Shown piece by piece: positions 8,570-23,137 of a DNA stretch of 48,996 bases. A model generated the notes under the pieces. The model saw nothing but the letters and a program-made list of their open reading frames with translations, had not been told where the DNA came from and ran no database searches. How positions within the stretch are numbered: the first letter of the stretch is position 1; each line of letters starts with the position of its first letter. The translations under genes were made by a program, and so were the position numbers. Source of the DNA: Actinomycetota bacterium (GTDB taxonomy: Bacteria; Actinomycetota; Acidimicrobiia; IMCC26256; PALSA-610); assembly GCA_046086225.1 (NCBI GenBank), contig JBJSXF010000125.1:1-48996 (forward strand). Reading direction: 5' to 3'.

Positions 8570-9109
8570 ATGGGATTCCACCACGTGGCCATCGCGGTCC
8601 GAGACGCCGAGACATCGCACCGTTTCTACACCGAAGCGATGGGCTTCACCCTCGTGCGCACGGAGGTCATCGACTACCTGGAAACGGGCTGGGCCCGCCA
8701 CCTCTTCTACGACATCGGCGACGGCACGATGCTGGCCCTCTGGGACCTCCACCACGAATCGGGCCCGGTCACCAAGACCGCGATCTCGATCGACCTCGGA
8801 CTCCCCCACTTCGTGAACCACATCGCGTTCGCATCCGCCGATCTCGCCGATCTCGACGCCCGTCAGCACCGCCTGCTCGCCCACGGCATCGACGTCGCCC
8901 GCATCGACCACGGCTGGTGCACGTCGATCTACACGGCCGACCCGAACGACATCATGGTCGAGTTCTGCTGCACGACCCGGGTGTTCGACGCCGACGACCA
9001 CGCCGCGGCCGCCGCGCTCCTCGCCGCCGAGCAGCCGCCGCTCGGACCCGGAGCGCTCTCGCACGAGTACTTCGAAGCGGCCGCGACCCGTTCCCCCGAC
9101 CGGAGCTGA
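8570..9109 (+). CDS. VOC/glyoxalase-family protein
   Basis: The sequence begins [26 protein letters not shown] and includes [26 protein letters not shown]. Confidence 0.75.
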   Translation: MGFHHVAIAVRDAETSHRFYTEAMGFTLVRTEVIDYLETGWARHLFYDIGDGTMLALWDLHHESGPVTKTAISIDLGLPHFVNHIAFASADLADLDARQHRLLAHGIDVARIDHGWCTSIYTADPNDIMVEFCCTTRVFDADDHAAAAALLAAEQPPLGPGALSHEYFEAAATRSPDRS

Positions 9110-9111
9110 CG

Positions 9112-10341
<1,230 letters not shown>

Positions 10342-10351
10342 CGGTCGGCCG

Positions 10352-11242
10352 ATGAAGGTCCGGGTCGGATTCGGGCTGGGCAACCTGCGTCCGGCCGACG
10401 GCGAGACCCTCGGCACGATCGCCGAGGCCCTCGAACGGCTCGGCTACGACTCGCTCTGGTGCTCCGAGCGCATCGGCGGGCCCGCGCCCGATCCCGTCCT
10501 CGCCCTCACCTTCGCCGCCGCCCGCACGAGCCGGATCAAGCTGGGCACGAGCGTCTCGGTGCTCCCGGGCCGCCCACCCGCCGTCGTCGCCAAGGAGTGG
10601 GCCTCGCTGGACGCCCTCTCCGGTGGCCGGGCCCTCCCCGCCTTCGGGCTCGGGGTCGCCGCACCGGCCGAGCAGCAGGCCTTCGGCGTCACCCGGGCCG
10701 ACCGGGCCTCGATCTTCGACGAGGCGCTCCCCCTCCTCCGCCGCCTGTGGAGCGAGGACGAGGTCGTGCACCACGGGCGCTGGTTCACCTACGACGGGGT
10801 CACCGTCCGACCGCGACCCGAGCGCCCGCTCGACGTCTGGCTCGGCGGACGGGCCCCGGTCGAGCTGCGGCGCACCGGTCGGCTGGGCGACGGCTGGCTC
10901 GCCAGCTTCACGACCCCGGCCGAGTGCGCAGCCGGGCGGCTCGTCGTCGACGAAGCCGCGGCCGAAGCCGGCCGCGAGATCGACCCCGAGCACTTCGGGG
11001 CCATGGTGCTCTACGGCCCCGGCCCGGTTCCCGACTCGCTCGCCGCCGCGATCCGCACCCGCAATCCGGGGACCGACCCCTCCGAGCTCGTCTCGGCCGG
11101 CTGGTCGGCCGTGCGGGAACGGTGCGAGGCCTACGTCGCCGTGGGCTTCTCGAAGCTCGTGCTCGTCCCCGTCCACGAACCCGCCGACTGGGATGCCGAG
11201 CTCGCCGCCGGAGCCGAGGCCGTGCTCGGCATCCAGACCTGA
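10352..11242 (+). CDS. LLM-class (luciferase-like) oxidoreductase, probably F420-dependent
   Basis: MKVRVGFGLG...LGYDSLWCSERI...IKLGTSVSVLP.RPPAVVAKEWASLDALSGGRA.PAFGLG is typical of actinobacterial F420-dependent LLM enzymes. Confidence 0.7.
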   Translation: MKVRVGFGLGNLRPADGETLGTIAEALERLGYDSLWCSERIGGPAPDPVLALTFAAARTSRIKLGTSVSVLPGRPPAVVAKEWASLDALSGGRALPAFGLGVAAPAEQQAFGVTRADRASIFDEALPLLRRLWSEDEVVHHGRWFTYDGVTVRPRPERPLDVWLGGRAPVELRRTGRLGDGWLASFTTPAECAAGRLVVDEAAAEAGREIDPEHFGAMVLYGPGPVPDSLAAAIRTRNPGTDPSELVSAGWSAVRERCEAYVAVGFSKLVLVPVHEPADWDAELAAGAEAVLGIQT

Positions 11243-11246
11243 CCGG

Positions 11247-12134
11247 TCAGGCTTCGAGGAACCGTCGCAGCCCGATCGCCGAGCCGAGCATCCCGATCGC
11301 TGCTCCGATCACGAGCATGAGGACGCCGATGCCGACCGCATCGGCGTTCGTGACGTAGAAGGACTGCAGGATGTCGGTGCGATTCTCGACCAGGTTGGCG
11401 ATCACGACCTTCAACCCGGCGAGGAAGCCGACCGCCAGCCCGGCACCGATCGCGCCCTGCGCGAAGCCCTCGGCCAGGAACGGGATGCGCACGAACCAGT
11501 TCGACGCGCCGACGAGCTTCATCACCTCGATCTCGCGCCGTCGGGCGAAGGTCGCCAGCCGGATCGTGTTCACGATGAGGAAGAGCGACGAGGCGAGGAG
11601 CGCCAGCGCAATCGCGGTGAAGCCCAGGTTGATCCATCGGGTCGCCGAGAGCAGCTTCTTCACCTGCTCCTGAGCAGTGACCACCGTGTCGACGCCCGGC
11701 GCGGTGCGGTACTTGTCGGCCACGACCTCGGTCTTCTCGGCCGTCACCGGGCTGACCCGGAACGACTCGGGGAGCACATCGGGGGTCGTGCTCTCGATGA
11801 GCGCCGGTTGGTCACGGAAGATCTTCTTGAACTCGGCGTACGCCGCCTGGTGGTCGAGGAACCGATAGCGCTTCACGAGCGCGGGTTCGTCGTCTTCGAG
11901 CGAGGCCCGGATCGCCGCGACCTGGGCCGGCGGAGCGTCGGGCTTCATGAAGATCTCGAGCTCGACGCCGTTCCTCCACTTCGAGGTGCCGTGGTCGACC
12001 ACGGTCTGGACGAGGCGGATTCCCCCGAAGAGGAAAAGCGAGACGGCCACCGTGATGATGCCCGCGATCGTCATCAGGAGATTGCGGCGGAGCGAGATGA
12101 AGGTCTCACGCGCGAAGTAGGCGAGCCGGGCCAC
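11247..12134 (-). CDS. ftsX: Cell-division ABC transporter permease FtsX
   Basis: The N-terminus is YFARETFISLRRNLLMTIAGIITVAVSLFLFG. It has an extracytoplasmic domain and 3 C-terminal TM segments, and directly follows ftsE. Confidence 0.9.
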   Translation of the reverse strand: MARLAYFARETFISLRRNLLMTIAGIITVAVSLFLFGGIRLVQTVVDHGTSKWRNGVELEIFMKPDAPPAQVAAIRASLEDDEPALVKRYRFLDHQAAYAEFKKIFRDQPALIESTTPDVLPESFRVSPVTAEKTEVVADKYRTAPGVDTVVTAQEQVKKLLSATRWINLGFTAIALALLASSLFLIVNTIRLATFARRREIEVMKLVGASNWFVRIPFLAEGFAQGAIGAGLAVGFLAGLKVVIANLVENRTDILQSFYVTNADAVGIGVLMLVIGAAIGMLGSAIGLRRFLEA

Positions 12135-12138
12135 GGGA

Positions 12139-12825
12139 TCAGGCCTCCACGCCGTAGACGCCGCGGGCTTGGTCGCGAACCACGTTGCCGTGATCGAGTT
12201 CGAGCACCCGCCGCCGCATCGCGTCGACGATCCGTTGATCGTGGGTGGCCATCACGACGGTGGTGCCGGTGCGGTTGATGCGGTCGAGGAGCCGCATGAT
12301 GCCGACCGTGGTCTCGGGGTCGAGGTTGCCGGTCGGCTCGTCGGCGAGGAGGATCAGCGGCCGGTTCACGAACGCCCGGGCCACCGAGACCCGCTGCTGC
12401 TCGCCGCCGGAGAGCTCACCCGGGAAGCTGTCGCTCTTGTGCCCGAGCCCGACCAGTTCGAGGATCTGGGGCACCTGGGCCTGAATGACGCTGCGGGGCC
12501 GACCGATCACCTCGAGCGCGAAGGCCACGTTCTCGTAGACCGTCTTCGTGGGCAGCAGCTTGAAATCCTGGAACACGCAGCCGATGTTGCGGCGCAGCGA
12601 GGGCACCTTCCAGGCGCCGAGCCGACCGATGTCGCGTCCGGCGACCAGCACCTTGCCCGCGGTCGCCACCTCGTCGCGCAGGAGGAGCTTCAGGAAGGTC
12701 GACTTTCCCGATCCCGACGGACCGATGAGGAAGACGAACTCGCCCTTCGGGATCTCGATCGAGAGGTTGCGGAGCGCGGTGTGCTCGCCCTTGTAGACCT
12801 TGGTCACGTCCTCGAAGCGAATCAT
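12139..12825 (-). CDS. ftsE: Cell-division ATP-binding protein FtsE
   Basis: It has Walker [10 protein letters not shown], the [14 protein letters not shown] signature and [11 protein letters not shown] Walker B. Confidence 0.92.
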   Translation of the reverse strand: MIRFEDVTKVYKGEHTALRNLSIEIPKGEFVFLIGPSGSGKSTFLKLLLRDEVATAGKVLVAGRDIGRLGAWKVPSLRRNIGCVFQDFKLLPTKTVYENVAFALEVIGRPRSVIQAQVPQILELVGLGHKSDSFPGELSGGEQQRVSVARAFVNRPLILLADEPTGNLDPETTVGIMRLLDRINRTGTTVVMATHDQRIVDAMRRRVLELDHGNVVRDQARGVYGVEA

Positions 12826-12894
12826 GCGCAGGTACCAGCCCAGGGGCAGCCGGCACGGTGGGCGCCGGTTCGGGGGAAGGTCACCGCTCGCCCC

Positions 12895-12918
12895 GAGAAC
12901 ACCGACGAGAACACCGAC
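12895..12918. repeat. Tandem duplication of the 12-mer GAGAACACCGAC (2 full copies plus GAG)
   Basis: It is seen in the 121-nt prfB-ftsE spacer. Confidence 0.6.
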
Positions 12919-12946
12919 GAGGGGCCCGGAACAGCAGCGACGAGCG

Positions 12947-14056
12947 TCATGTTACCGCCTCCGACCCGCGCCGCCAGCGCAGGAACGACTCCATCAGCGC
13001 GTCGAAGTCACCGTCGAGCACAGCCTGCACGTTGCCGGTCTCGAAACGGGTCCGCTCGTCCTTCACCAGCTGATACGGGGCGAGCGTGTAGGTGCGGATC
13101 TGACTTCCGAAGCCGACCTCGCGCTTCTCGCCACCGAGCCGATCGAGCTCTTTGCGGCGCTCCTCCCGGAGCCGCTCGGCGAGTCGGGCCGCGAGGATTT
13201 GCATCGCCCGGGCCCGGTTCTGCAGCTGCGAGCGCTCGTTCTGGCACGACACGACGATGCCCGTCGGCAGGTGGGTGATGCGCACCGCGGAATCGGTGAC
13301 GTTGACGTGCTGGCCACCGGCCCCCGACGAGCGGTAGGTGTCGACCCGCAGGTCGCCCTGGTCGATTTCCGGCTCCTCGGCCTCCTCGAGCGCGGGCACA
13401 CAGTCGAGGGACGCGAACGCGGTTTGTCGGCGGGCGTTCGCGTCGAACGGCGAGATCCGAATGAGCCGGTGCACGCCCCGCTCGGCTTGCAGGAAACCGA
13501 ACGCGTACCGACCCTTCACGGTGAAGGTCGCCGACGTGATGCCCGCCTCCTGACCTTCTTGCACCTCGTCGACCTCGACTGCGAAGCCGCGAGCCTGCGC
13601 CCAACGGGTGTACGCGCGCAGCAGCATCTGGGCCCAGTCCTGGGCATCGGTGCCCCCGGTGCCGGAATGGATCTCGCAGATCGCGTCGCGCTCGTCGTGC
13701 TCGCCGGCGAAGAGCGCCCGGAGCTCGGTGCGATCGAGATCGCCCCGCAACGCCTCGATCCCCTCGGCGATCTCCGCTTCGAGCGAATCGTCGGCCTCCT
13801 CGCGGGCCAGGTCGAACAGCGTCTCCACATCGGACGACTGGCGGACGAGCGCGTCGAACGCGGCGAGGTCGTCCCGCACCCGGGCCAGCTCCGAGGTGAC
13901 CGCCCGAGCCCGCTCGGCGTCGTCCCACAAGCCGGGCGCCCCGGCCTGCTCTTCGAGCTCGGCGTAACGGGTCCGTGCCTCCTCGATCCGCAGGTAGCCC
14001 CGGGCTTCTTCGACCCGACGCGACAGGGCCGCGAGATCCTCCGAGAAGTCGCGCAC
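12947..14056 (-). CDS. prfB: Peptide chain release factor 2 (single uninterrupted frame)
   Basis: It has the SPF tripeptide ([11 protein letters not shown]) and the GGQ motif ([23 protein letters not shown]). The GTG start is 2 nt after the secA TAG. Confidence 0.93.
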   Translation of the reverse strand: MRDFSEDLAALSRRVEEARGYLRIEEARTRYAELEEQAGAPGLWDDAERARAVTSELARVRDDLAAFDALVRQSSDVETLFDLAREEADDSLEAEIAEGIEALRGDLDRTELRALFAGEHDERDAICEIHSGTGGTDAQDWAQMLLRAYTRWAQARGFAVEVDEVQEGQEAGITSATFTVKGRYAFGFLQAERGVHRLIRISPFDANARRQTAFASLDCVPALEEAEEPEIDQGDLRVDTYRSSGAGGQHVNVTDSAVRITHLPTGIVVSCQNERSQLQNRARAMQILAARLAERLREERRKELDRLGGEKREVGFGSQIRTYTLAPYQLVKDERTRFETGNVQAVLDGDFDALMESFLRWRRGSEAVT

Positions 14057-14058
14057 GG

Positions 14059-16845
<2,787 letters not shown>

Positions 16846-16855
16846 GCGGGAGCCG

Positions 16856-16861
16856 AGTGTA
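16856..16861 (-). promoter_or_regulatory. -10-like TACACT hexamer 10 nt upstream of the secA ATG
   Basis: The minus strand reads ccggTACACT-cggctcccgc-ATG. There is no properly spaced Shine-Dalgarno, which implies a very short or absent leader. Confidence 0.35.
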
Positions 16862-16876
16862 CCGGCGACCCCCTCC

Positions 16877-16913
16877 GACCCCGACGCAGGGGTCCGGACC
16901 GCGCGCGCCGGAC
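16877..16913 (-). terminator. Two overlapping, mutually exclusive GC hairpins right after the response-regulator stop
   Basis: One hairpin is GACCCC-gacgca-GGGGTC (16877-16894). The other is GTCCGG-n10-CCGGAC (16892-16913). They share 3 nt and there is no U-tract. Confidence 0.25.
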
Positions 16914-16914
16914 G

Positions 16915-17598
16915 CTAGGCCGAGTCGACGAGCCGCTCCCGCACCGCGTAGAGCGCCGCTTCCATGCGGGTACGCAGCTGGAGCTTTTCCAGGATGTTGC
17001 GAACGTGGTTCTTCACGGTGTTCTCGGCGATGACGAGCTCGGCCGCGATCTCCTTGTTCGAGCACCCCCGGGCCACGAGCCGCAGCACCTCGATCTCGCG
17101 ATCGGTGAGCCGGGGCGCATGGTCGTGCTGCTCGTCGACGCGACGCGAGAGCGCATTGAACTCGGTGACGAGTCGGGCCGCCATCGACGGCGAGACGAGC
17201 GCCTGCCCCCGCGCGATCGCCCGCACCGCAGGTGCGAGCTCCTCGATCGCGATCTCCTTCAGCAGGTACCCCGTCGCCCCCGCGCGCAGCGCGCCGAGCA
17301 GGTCGTCGTCTTCGGTGGAGCCGGTGAGCATCACGACCCGCGTCGCCGGCTGCGCCTGTCGGATGCGGCGGGTCGCCTCGATCCCGCCCATGCCCGGCAT
17401 CCGGACATCCATGACGACGACGTGCGGCTGGAGATCGGCGGCCCGATCGACCGCCTCGGCCCCGTGCGACGCCTCGCCGACGATTTCGATGTCGGGCTCG
17501 GCCGCGAGCACGAGCGCCAGACCGCGTCGGAAGAGCGCGTGGTCGTCGACGAGGAGCACCTGCAGAGGGGCGTCGTCGGGGTGCATGAGCACGCTCAC
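16915..17598 (-). CDS. NarL/LuxR-family response regulator (REC + HTH), no adjacent kinase
   Basis: REC elements are VLLVDDH, VVVMDVRMPGMGG and VVMLTGS. The LuxR HTH is LTDREIEVLRLVARGCSNKEIAAELVIAENTVKNHVRNILEKL. GGAGGG lies 9 nt upstream of GTG 17598. Confidence 0.9.
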   Translation of the reverse strand: MSVLMHPDDAPLQVLLVDDHALFRRGLALVLAAEPDIEIVGEASHGAEAVDRAADLQPHVVVMDVRMPGMGGIEATRRIRQAQPATRVVMLTGSTEDDDLLGALRAGATGYLLKEIAIEELAPAVRAIARGQALVSPSMAARLVTEFNALSRRVDEQHDHAPRLTDREIEVLRLVARGCSNKEIAAELVIAENTVKNHVRNILEKLQLRTRMEAALYAVRERLVDSA

Positions 17599-17638
17599 CG
17601 GGTGCGTCCCTCCGGAGCCGGGACCGAACGAGCCGAGC

Positions 17639-18277
17639 CTACCGGCGCTCCGACACCGACCGGACCGGCGTCCGCGTGAGGGTCACCGCGAGCACACCCG
17701 TTGCGCCCGCGCTCCGCAGCGCCCGGGCCGCGCTCGCCAGCGTGCCGCCCGTCGTCGCCACGTCGTCGACGACCAGCACCACGCAACCCGGCACCGGGCG
17801 CACGGCCCGGACATCGGGACCCGCCCGCCGGGCTGCCGCCGATCGGCCGGTCTGGGGTGGCGCCGCCGAACGCACCAGGAGGCGGCGGGCGGGCACCGCG
17901 AGCCCGGTGGCCACGCCCCGAGCGAGCAGCTCGGCGTGATCGACGCCCGCCGCCGCCCACCGGACCCGGCTCGCCGGGGCCCAGGTGACGAGCCCGGGAC
18001 GGACCGGAGCACCCGCCGCGACCCGCCCGAGGTCGGGCGCGAGCACCCGCAGCCCCGTTCGCAGGTGCCGATACTTCGCCCGGGCCACGACCTCGCGAGC
18101 CGGACCGGTGTAGGCCCAGCAGGCCGCCCACCAGTCGACTCCGGGCGGGGGCAGAGCGGGCGGCGCAGGCCGGAGGCCGGCCCGACACCCCTCGCAGAGT
18201 GGGAAAGGCGGGACCCCGCACCCGGCGCAGGGCACGGGGAGGAGTCGGGCCAGGACGGCAGCGGGTCGGACGGGCAC
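17639..18277 (-). CDS. comF: ComF-family phosphoribosyltransferase-domain protein
   Basis: The N-terminal Cys pairs are CAGCG...CEGC. The PRT motif is VVLVVDDVATTGGTL. Confidence 0.8.
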   Translation of the reverse strand: MPVRPAAVLARLLPVPCAGCGVPPFPLCEGCRAGLRPAPPALPPPGVDWWAACWAYTGPAREVVARAKYRHLRTGLRVLAPDLGRVAAGAPVRPGLVTWAPASRVRWAAAGVDHAELLARGVATGLAVPARRLLVRSAAPPQTGRSAAARRAGPDVRAVRPVPGCVVLVVDDVATTGGTLASAARALRSAGATGVLAVTLTRTPVRSVSERR

Positions 18278-18284
18278 CCGCCGG

Positions 18285-18290
18285 ACGCTA
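18285..18290 (-). promoter_or_regulatory. -10-like TAGCGT hexamer 7 nt upstream of the comF GTG; its TAG is the mtnA stop codon
   Basis: The minus strand reads TAGCGT-ccggcgg-GTG. Confidence 0.3.
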
Positions 18291-19328
18291 CGAACGGGGT
18301 GGGTCAGTCGTCCGACGGTAGTGCGTCGCGAGGGTGCGACGGTACGGGGCCCGCGCGACCCCGACCTCGGTCACGATCGCGCCGACGAGCCGAGCCGGGG
18401 TGATGTCGAACGCGGGGTTGCGGGCGACCGCGCCGTCCGGCGCCACGCGCACGCCGCGCACCTCGAGCACCTCGACCGGGTCGCGCTCCTCGATCTCGAT
18501 CGCGGCTCCCGTCGCGGTCGCCGGATCGACGGTCGACGTCGGTGCCGCGACCACGAACGGGATGCCGTGGTGGTGAGCCGCCAGGGCCAGCGAGTAGGTG
18601 CCGATCTTGTTGGCGACGTCGCCGTTCGCGGCGATCCGGTCGGCCCCCACGATCACGAGGTCGATCTCGCCGCGGGCCATGAGCGAGGCCGCCGCACCAT
18701 CGGGTACGAGCGTCGCCGGGATCCCGAGCCGATCGAGCTCCCACATCGTGAGCCGGGCCCCCTGGAGGAGCGGTCGGGTCTCCCCCGCCACCACCCGGGG
18801 TCGCCGACCGGCCTCGGCCGCGGCCCGGACGACACCGAGCGCAGTGCCCCAGCCCGCACACGCGAGCGAGCCCGTGTTGCAGTGGGTGAGGACGGTCGCT
18901 CCCTCCGGGACGAGCGCGAGCCCGTGCCCCCCGATCGCCCGGTTGCGGGCGATGTCGTCGGCCGCGATCGCCTCGGCGCACGCGAGCGCCGCCCCGGCGC
19001 CGCCCGCCGAGTAGGCGGCCAGGCCGTGCTCGACACCCCAGGCCAAGTTGACGGCCGTCGGTCGGACCGCCGCGAGGCGGCGCGCCGCCGCCCGCACCGA
19101 CCGGGCGTCGGGCTCCGTGCGGGCCGCCAACGCGACGCCGTAGGCCCCGGCGGCGCCGAGGGCGGGCGCGCCCCGGATCGCCAGGGTCGCGATCGCGTCG
19201 CACAACTGCTCGACGGACGTGCAGCGCAGGAAGCGCACTCGCCCCGGCAGGGCCCGTTGGTCGATGAGGCGCACCGCCCCCCGACGCCACTCGATGGTCG
19301 GCGGAACGGCTCCGTCACCGCCCGTCAT
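18288..19328 (-). CDS. mtnA: S-methyl-5-thioribose-1-phosphate isomerase (eIF-2B alpha/beta/delta family)
   Basis: VRLIDQRALP...IATLAIRGAPALGAAGAYG...RPTAVNL...THCNTGSLA...TALGV...ETRP.LQGARLT.WEL...GADRIAANGDVANKIGTY...AA.HHGIPF. The start was trimmed to ATG 19328, one nt after the upstream stop. Confidence 0.9.
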   Translation of the reverse strand: MTGGDGAVPPTIEWRRGAVRLIDQRALPGRVRFLRCTSVEQLCDAIATLAIRGAPALGAAGAYGVALAARTEPDARSVRAAARRLAAVRPTAVNLAWGVEHGLAAYSAGGAGAALACAEAIAADDIARNRAIGGHGLALVPEGATVLTHCNTGSLACAGWGTALGVVRAAAEAGRRPRVVAGETRPLLQGARLTMWELDRLGIPATLVPDGAAASLMARGEIDLVIVGADRIAANGDVANKIGTYSLALAAHHHGIPFVVAAPTSTVDPATATGAAIEIEERDPVEVLEVRGVRVAPDGAVARNPAFDITPARLVGAIVTEVGVARAPYRRTLATHYRRTTDPPRS

Positions 19329-19329
19329 C

Positions 19330-20172
19330 TCAGACCGGCGGGAACCCGAGCACCGGGTTGGTGCGCTCGCCGATCGAGCGCAGGCGCCGCTGCACGGCAT
19401 CGACCCAGAAGTCGGCCTCGTCGTCGTGCGTGAGCACCCAGAACCGCTCGGCGCGGATCGCTTCGAGCACCTTGTCGGCGACGACCGTCGGCTCCATGCC
19501 CGAGTCGAGGAGGCTCTGCAGCACCGCAGCGGTTCCCGCCCCACCGTCACCCTCGACCGCGAGGTCGGTCGGCCGGTTGCGTTCGCTCTCGGCGATGCGC
19601 GTGCGAACCCAGCCCGGGCACACCACCGAGACCTTCACGTGCGGTGCGCTCATCGCCAGCTCGTGATGGACCGTCTCGGCGATCGCCACCACGCCGTGCT
19701 TGCTCGCGTTGTACGGCCCCATGAAGGGCGCGGCGACGAGCCCGGCGATCGAGGCGGTGGCCACGAGGTGACCGGCGTCCTGCGCGATGAGCTGGGGCAC
19801 GAAGCTGCGCACCCCGTGCACCACGCCCCACAGGTTGACCCGGAGCACCCACTCCCACGTCTCGACCGGCAGCTCCCACGAGAGTCCACCGGTGCCCACG
19901 CCCGCGTTCAGGCACACGACGTGCGCGCCACCGAGGGCGGCGGCGGCGTCGGCCAAGGCCTGCACCGAGGTGCCGTCGCCGACGTCGGTGACGAGCCCGG
20001 AGGCCTCCGCTCCCGACGCCGCGAGTGCGGCCACCGCCGCCTCGAGGGCCGGGGGCTCGATGTCGCCGATGAGGATCCGCATTCCCTCGGCCGCGAAGCG
20101 CTGCGCCATCGCCAGCCCGATGCCGCTCGCGCCTCCGGTGACGACCGCCAGCCGCCCGGTGAGGTCCTCCAC
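19330..20172 (-). CDS. SDR-family oxidoreductase
   Basis: It has GRLAVVTGGASGIGLAMA, NAGV and YNASKHGVV (YxxxK). The GTG start at 20172 was chosen because the ahcY stop is at 20178. Confidence 0.85.
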   Translation of the reverse strand: MEDLTGRLAVVTGGASGIGLAMAQRFAAEGMRILIGDIEPPALEAAVAALAASGAEASGLVTDVGDGTSVQALADAAAALGGAHVVCLNAGVGTGGLSWELPVETWEWVLRVNLWGVVHGVRSFVPQLIAQDAGHLVATASIAGLVAAPFMGPYNASKHGVVAIAETVHHELAMSAPHVKVSVVCPGWVRTRIAESERNRPTDLAVEGDGGAGTAAVLQSLLDSGMEPTVVADKVLEAIRAERFWVLTHDDEADFWVDAVQRRLRSIGERTNPVLGFPPV

Positions 20173-20177
20173 GACGC

Positions 20178-21827
<1,650 letters not shown>

Positions 21828-22871
21828 TCAGGCGAGGTCGGCCATCCGGGCCTTGAGATCGGCGATCGCCGCGATCGGTCCGGGATCGACGTCGTTGCGC
21901 AGCGCCAGGTAGCAGCTCACCCAGTCGCCGAGATACATGAGGTCGAGCAGCTGCGCCAGCCGGCCCTCGCCGGCCGCAGCCACGACGAGCACCTGGTGGA
22001 AGCACTCCTCCACGATCTCCCGGGTGATCTCGACCCGGGGCCGGAGCCGGTCGTGCTCGAACGAGTGCCGCAGCTCGACCAGGGTGAGCAGCTGCCGGGT
22101 GATGTCGCCGTGCTGGCCCCACGCGCAGATCTCGTTGTGGTCGAGCTCCGGGTATTGGTGGGAGAAGGCGGGCGCCTTCGCGTTCTCGTTGACATCGCAC
22201 TTCCAGCGGTAGGCCGCCACCCCACCGAGCGCACCCGCGCCGTAGACGAGCGGGATCGTGCGATCGATGCGGCGGGCGAGCTCACGGGCCGGGTTGGCGT
22301 CACCCTCGACCTCCGGGCGGCACTCGTCGCGCCGCACCGTCAGTCGTTGCTCGGCGGCGACGAGCGCCGAGTGCCCGCCCGGCACGAGACCCATGCGGAA
22401 GAGCGACACCACGAGCGGCGCCACGAGCGCGCCGACCGCGGCCCGGGGCATGTAGCCGTCGGGGCACGGGAGGTGGAGCGCACCGACGCGATCGGCCAGA
22501 TCGGCGAGGGCACCACCCCGGGAGACCGCGACGAGTCGGGCGCCCCGGTCGACGGCGGCCTCCGCCATCGCCAAGGTCTCCTCGGTGTCGCCCGAGTAGG
22601 AGACGGCGAACGCGACGGTCGCCGGGCCGACGAACGCCGGGACGCGCATCTGCTTGAGGACCGTCACCGGCACCGGCAGCTCGTCGGAGAACGCCGCCGA
22701 CACGACGTCACCCGAGATGCCCGATCCGCCCATGCCGAGCACGACGACGTTCCCGACGTCGGCGGCGTCCGGGAACCGTGCCGGATCGACCGTGCCGGCC
22801 GCCCGGTGGGCGTCGGCGAGTTGCTCGGGGAGTCCGGCGACCGCGTCGAGGAAGCCGAGCGTGTCGGTCAT
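21828..22871 (-). CDS. SIS-domain bifunctional phosphoglucose/phosphomannose isomerase-family protein
   Basis: VVVLGMGGSGISGDV...SYSGDTEETL is the SIS motif, and the C-terminal domain resembles PGI/PMI. ATG 22871 overlaps the Trm112 stop (ATGA). Confidence 0.7.
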   Translation of the reverse strand: MTDTLGFLDAVAGLPEQLADAHRAAGTVDPARFPDAADVGNVVVLGMGGSGISGDVVSAAFSDELPVPVTVLKQMRVPAFVGPATVAFAVSYSGDTEETLAMAEAAVDRGARLVAVSRGGALADLADRVGALHLPCPDGYMPRAAVGALVAPLVVSLFRMGLVPGGHSALVAAEQRLTVRRDECRPEVEGDANPARELARRIDRTIPLVYGAGALGGVAAYRWKCDVNENAKAPAFSHQYPELDHNEICAWGQHGDITRQLLTLVELRHSFEHDRLRPRVEITREIVEECFHQVLVVAAAGEGRLAQLLDLMYLGDWVSCYLALRNDVDPGPIAAIADLKARMADLA

Positions 22872-23107
22872 GCCGGGAAGGTCGGTGCGATGCCCTCGCG
22901 CTCGGCTCGCTCCGCGAGGCGGACGTGCTCGGCCTCGTCGACCGTCTCGGCGTCGTCGATGATCAGGTCGGGGATGTCGCCGTCGAGCACGCGGTAGCGC
23001 CGCCGCAGCCGCGGGTTGTAGAGCGTGTCCTCGGCGGCGAAGTAGAGCAGCGGGCCCTTGTCCTGCGGGCACGCGAGGATCTCGAGGAGCTTGGGGTCGA
23101 GTGCCAT
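22868..23107 (-). CDS. Trm112-family small protein
   Basis: 79 aa. LLEILACPQDKGPL...IPDLIIDDA is the Trm112/YbaR pattern. Confidence 0.75.
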   Translation of the reverse strand: MALDPKLLEILACPQDKGPLLYFAAEDTLYNPRLRRRYRVLDGDIPDLIIDDAETVDEAEHVRLAERAEREGIAPTFPA

Positions 23108-23114
23108 CGCGCGG

Positions 23115-23120
23115 AGACTA
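23115..23120 (-). promoter_or_regulatory. -10-like TAGTCT hexamer 7 nt upstream of the Trm112 ATG
   Basis: The minus strand reads gggTAGTCT-ccgcgcg-ATG. Confidence 0.3.
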
Positions 23121-23137
23121 CCCGTCAGCCCGGCGGC

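Noticed and set aside
12947-14056. Programmed +1 frameshift site expected in prfB
   Set aside because: The RF2 frame is continuous through the usual site (…[11 protein letters not shown]…) with no in-frame UGA. This gene evidently does not use the autoregulatory frameshift, as in many high-GC Actinobacteria.
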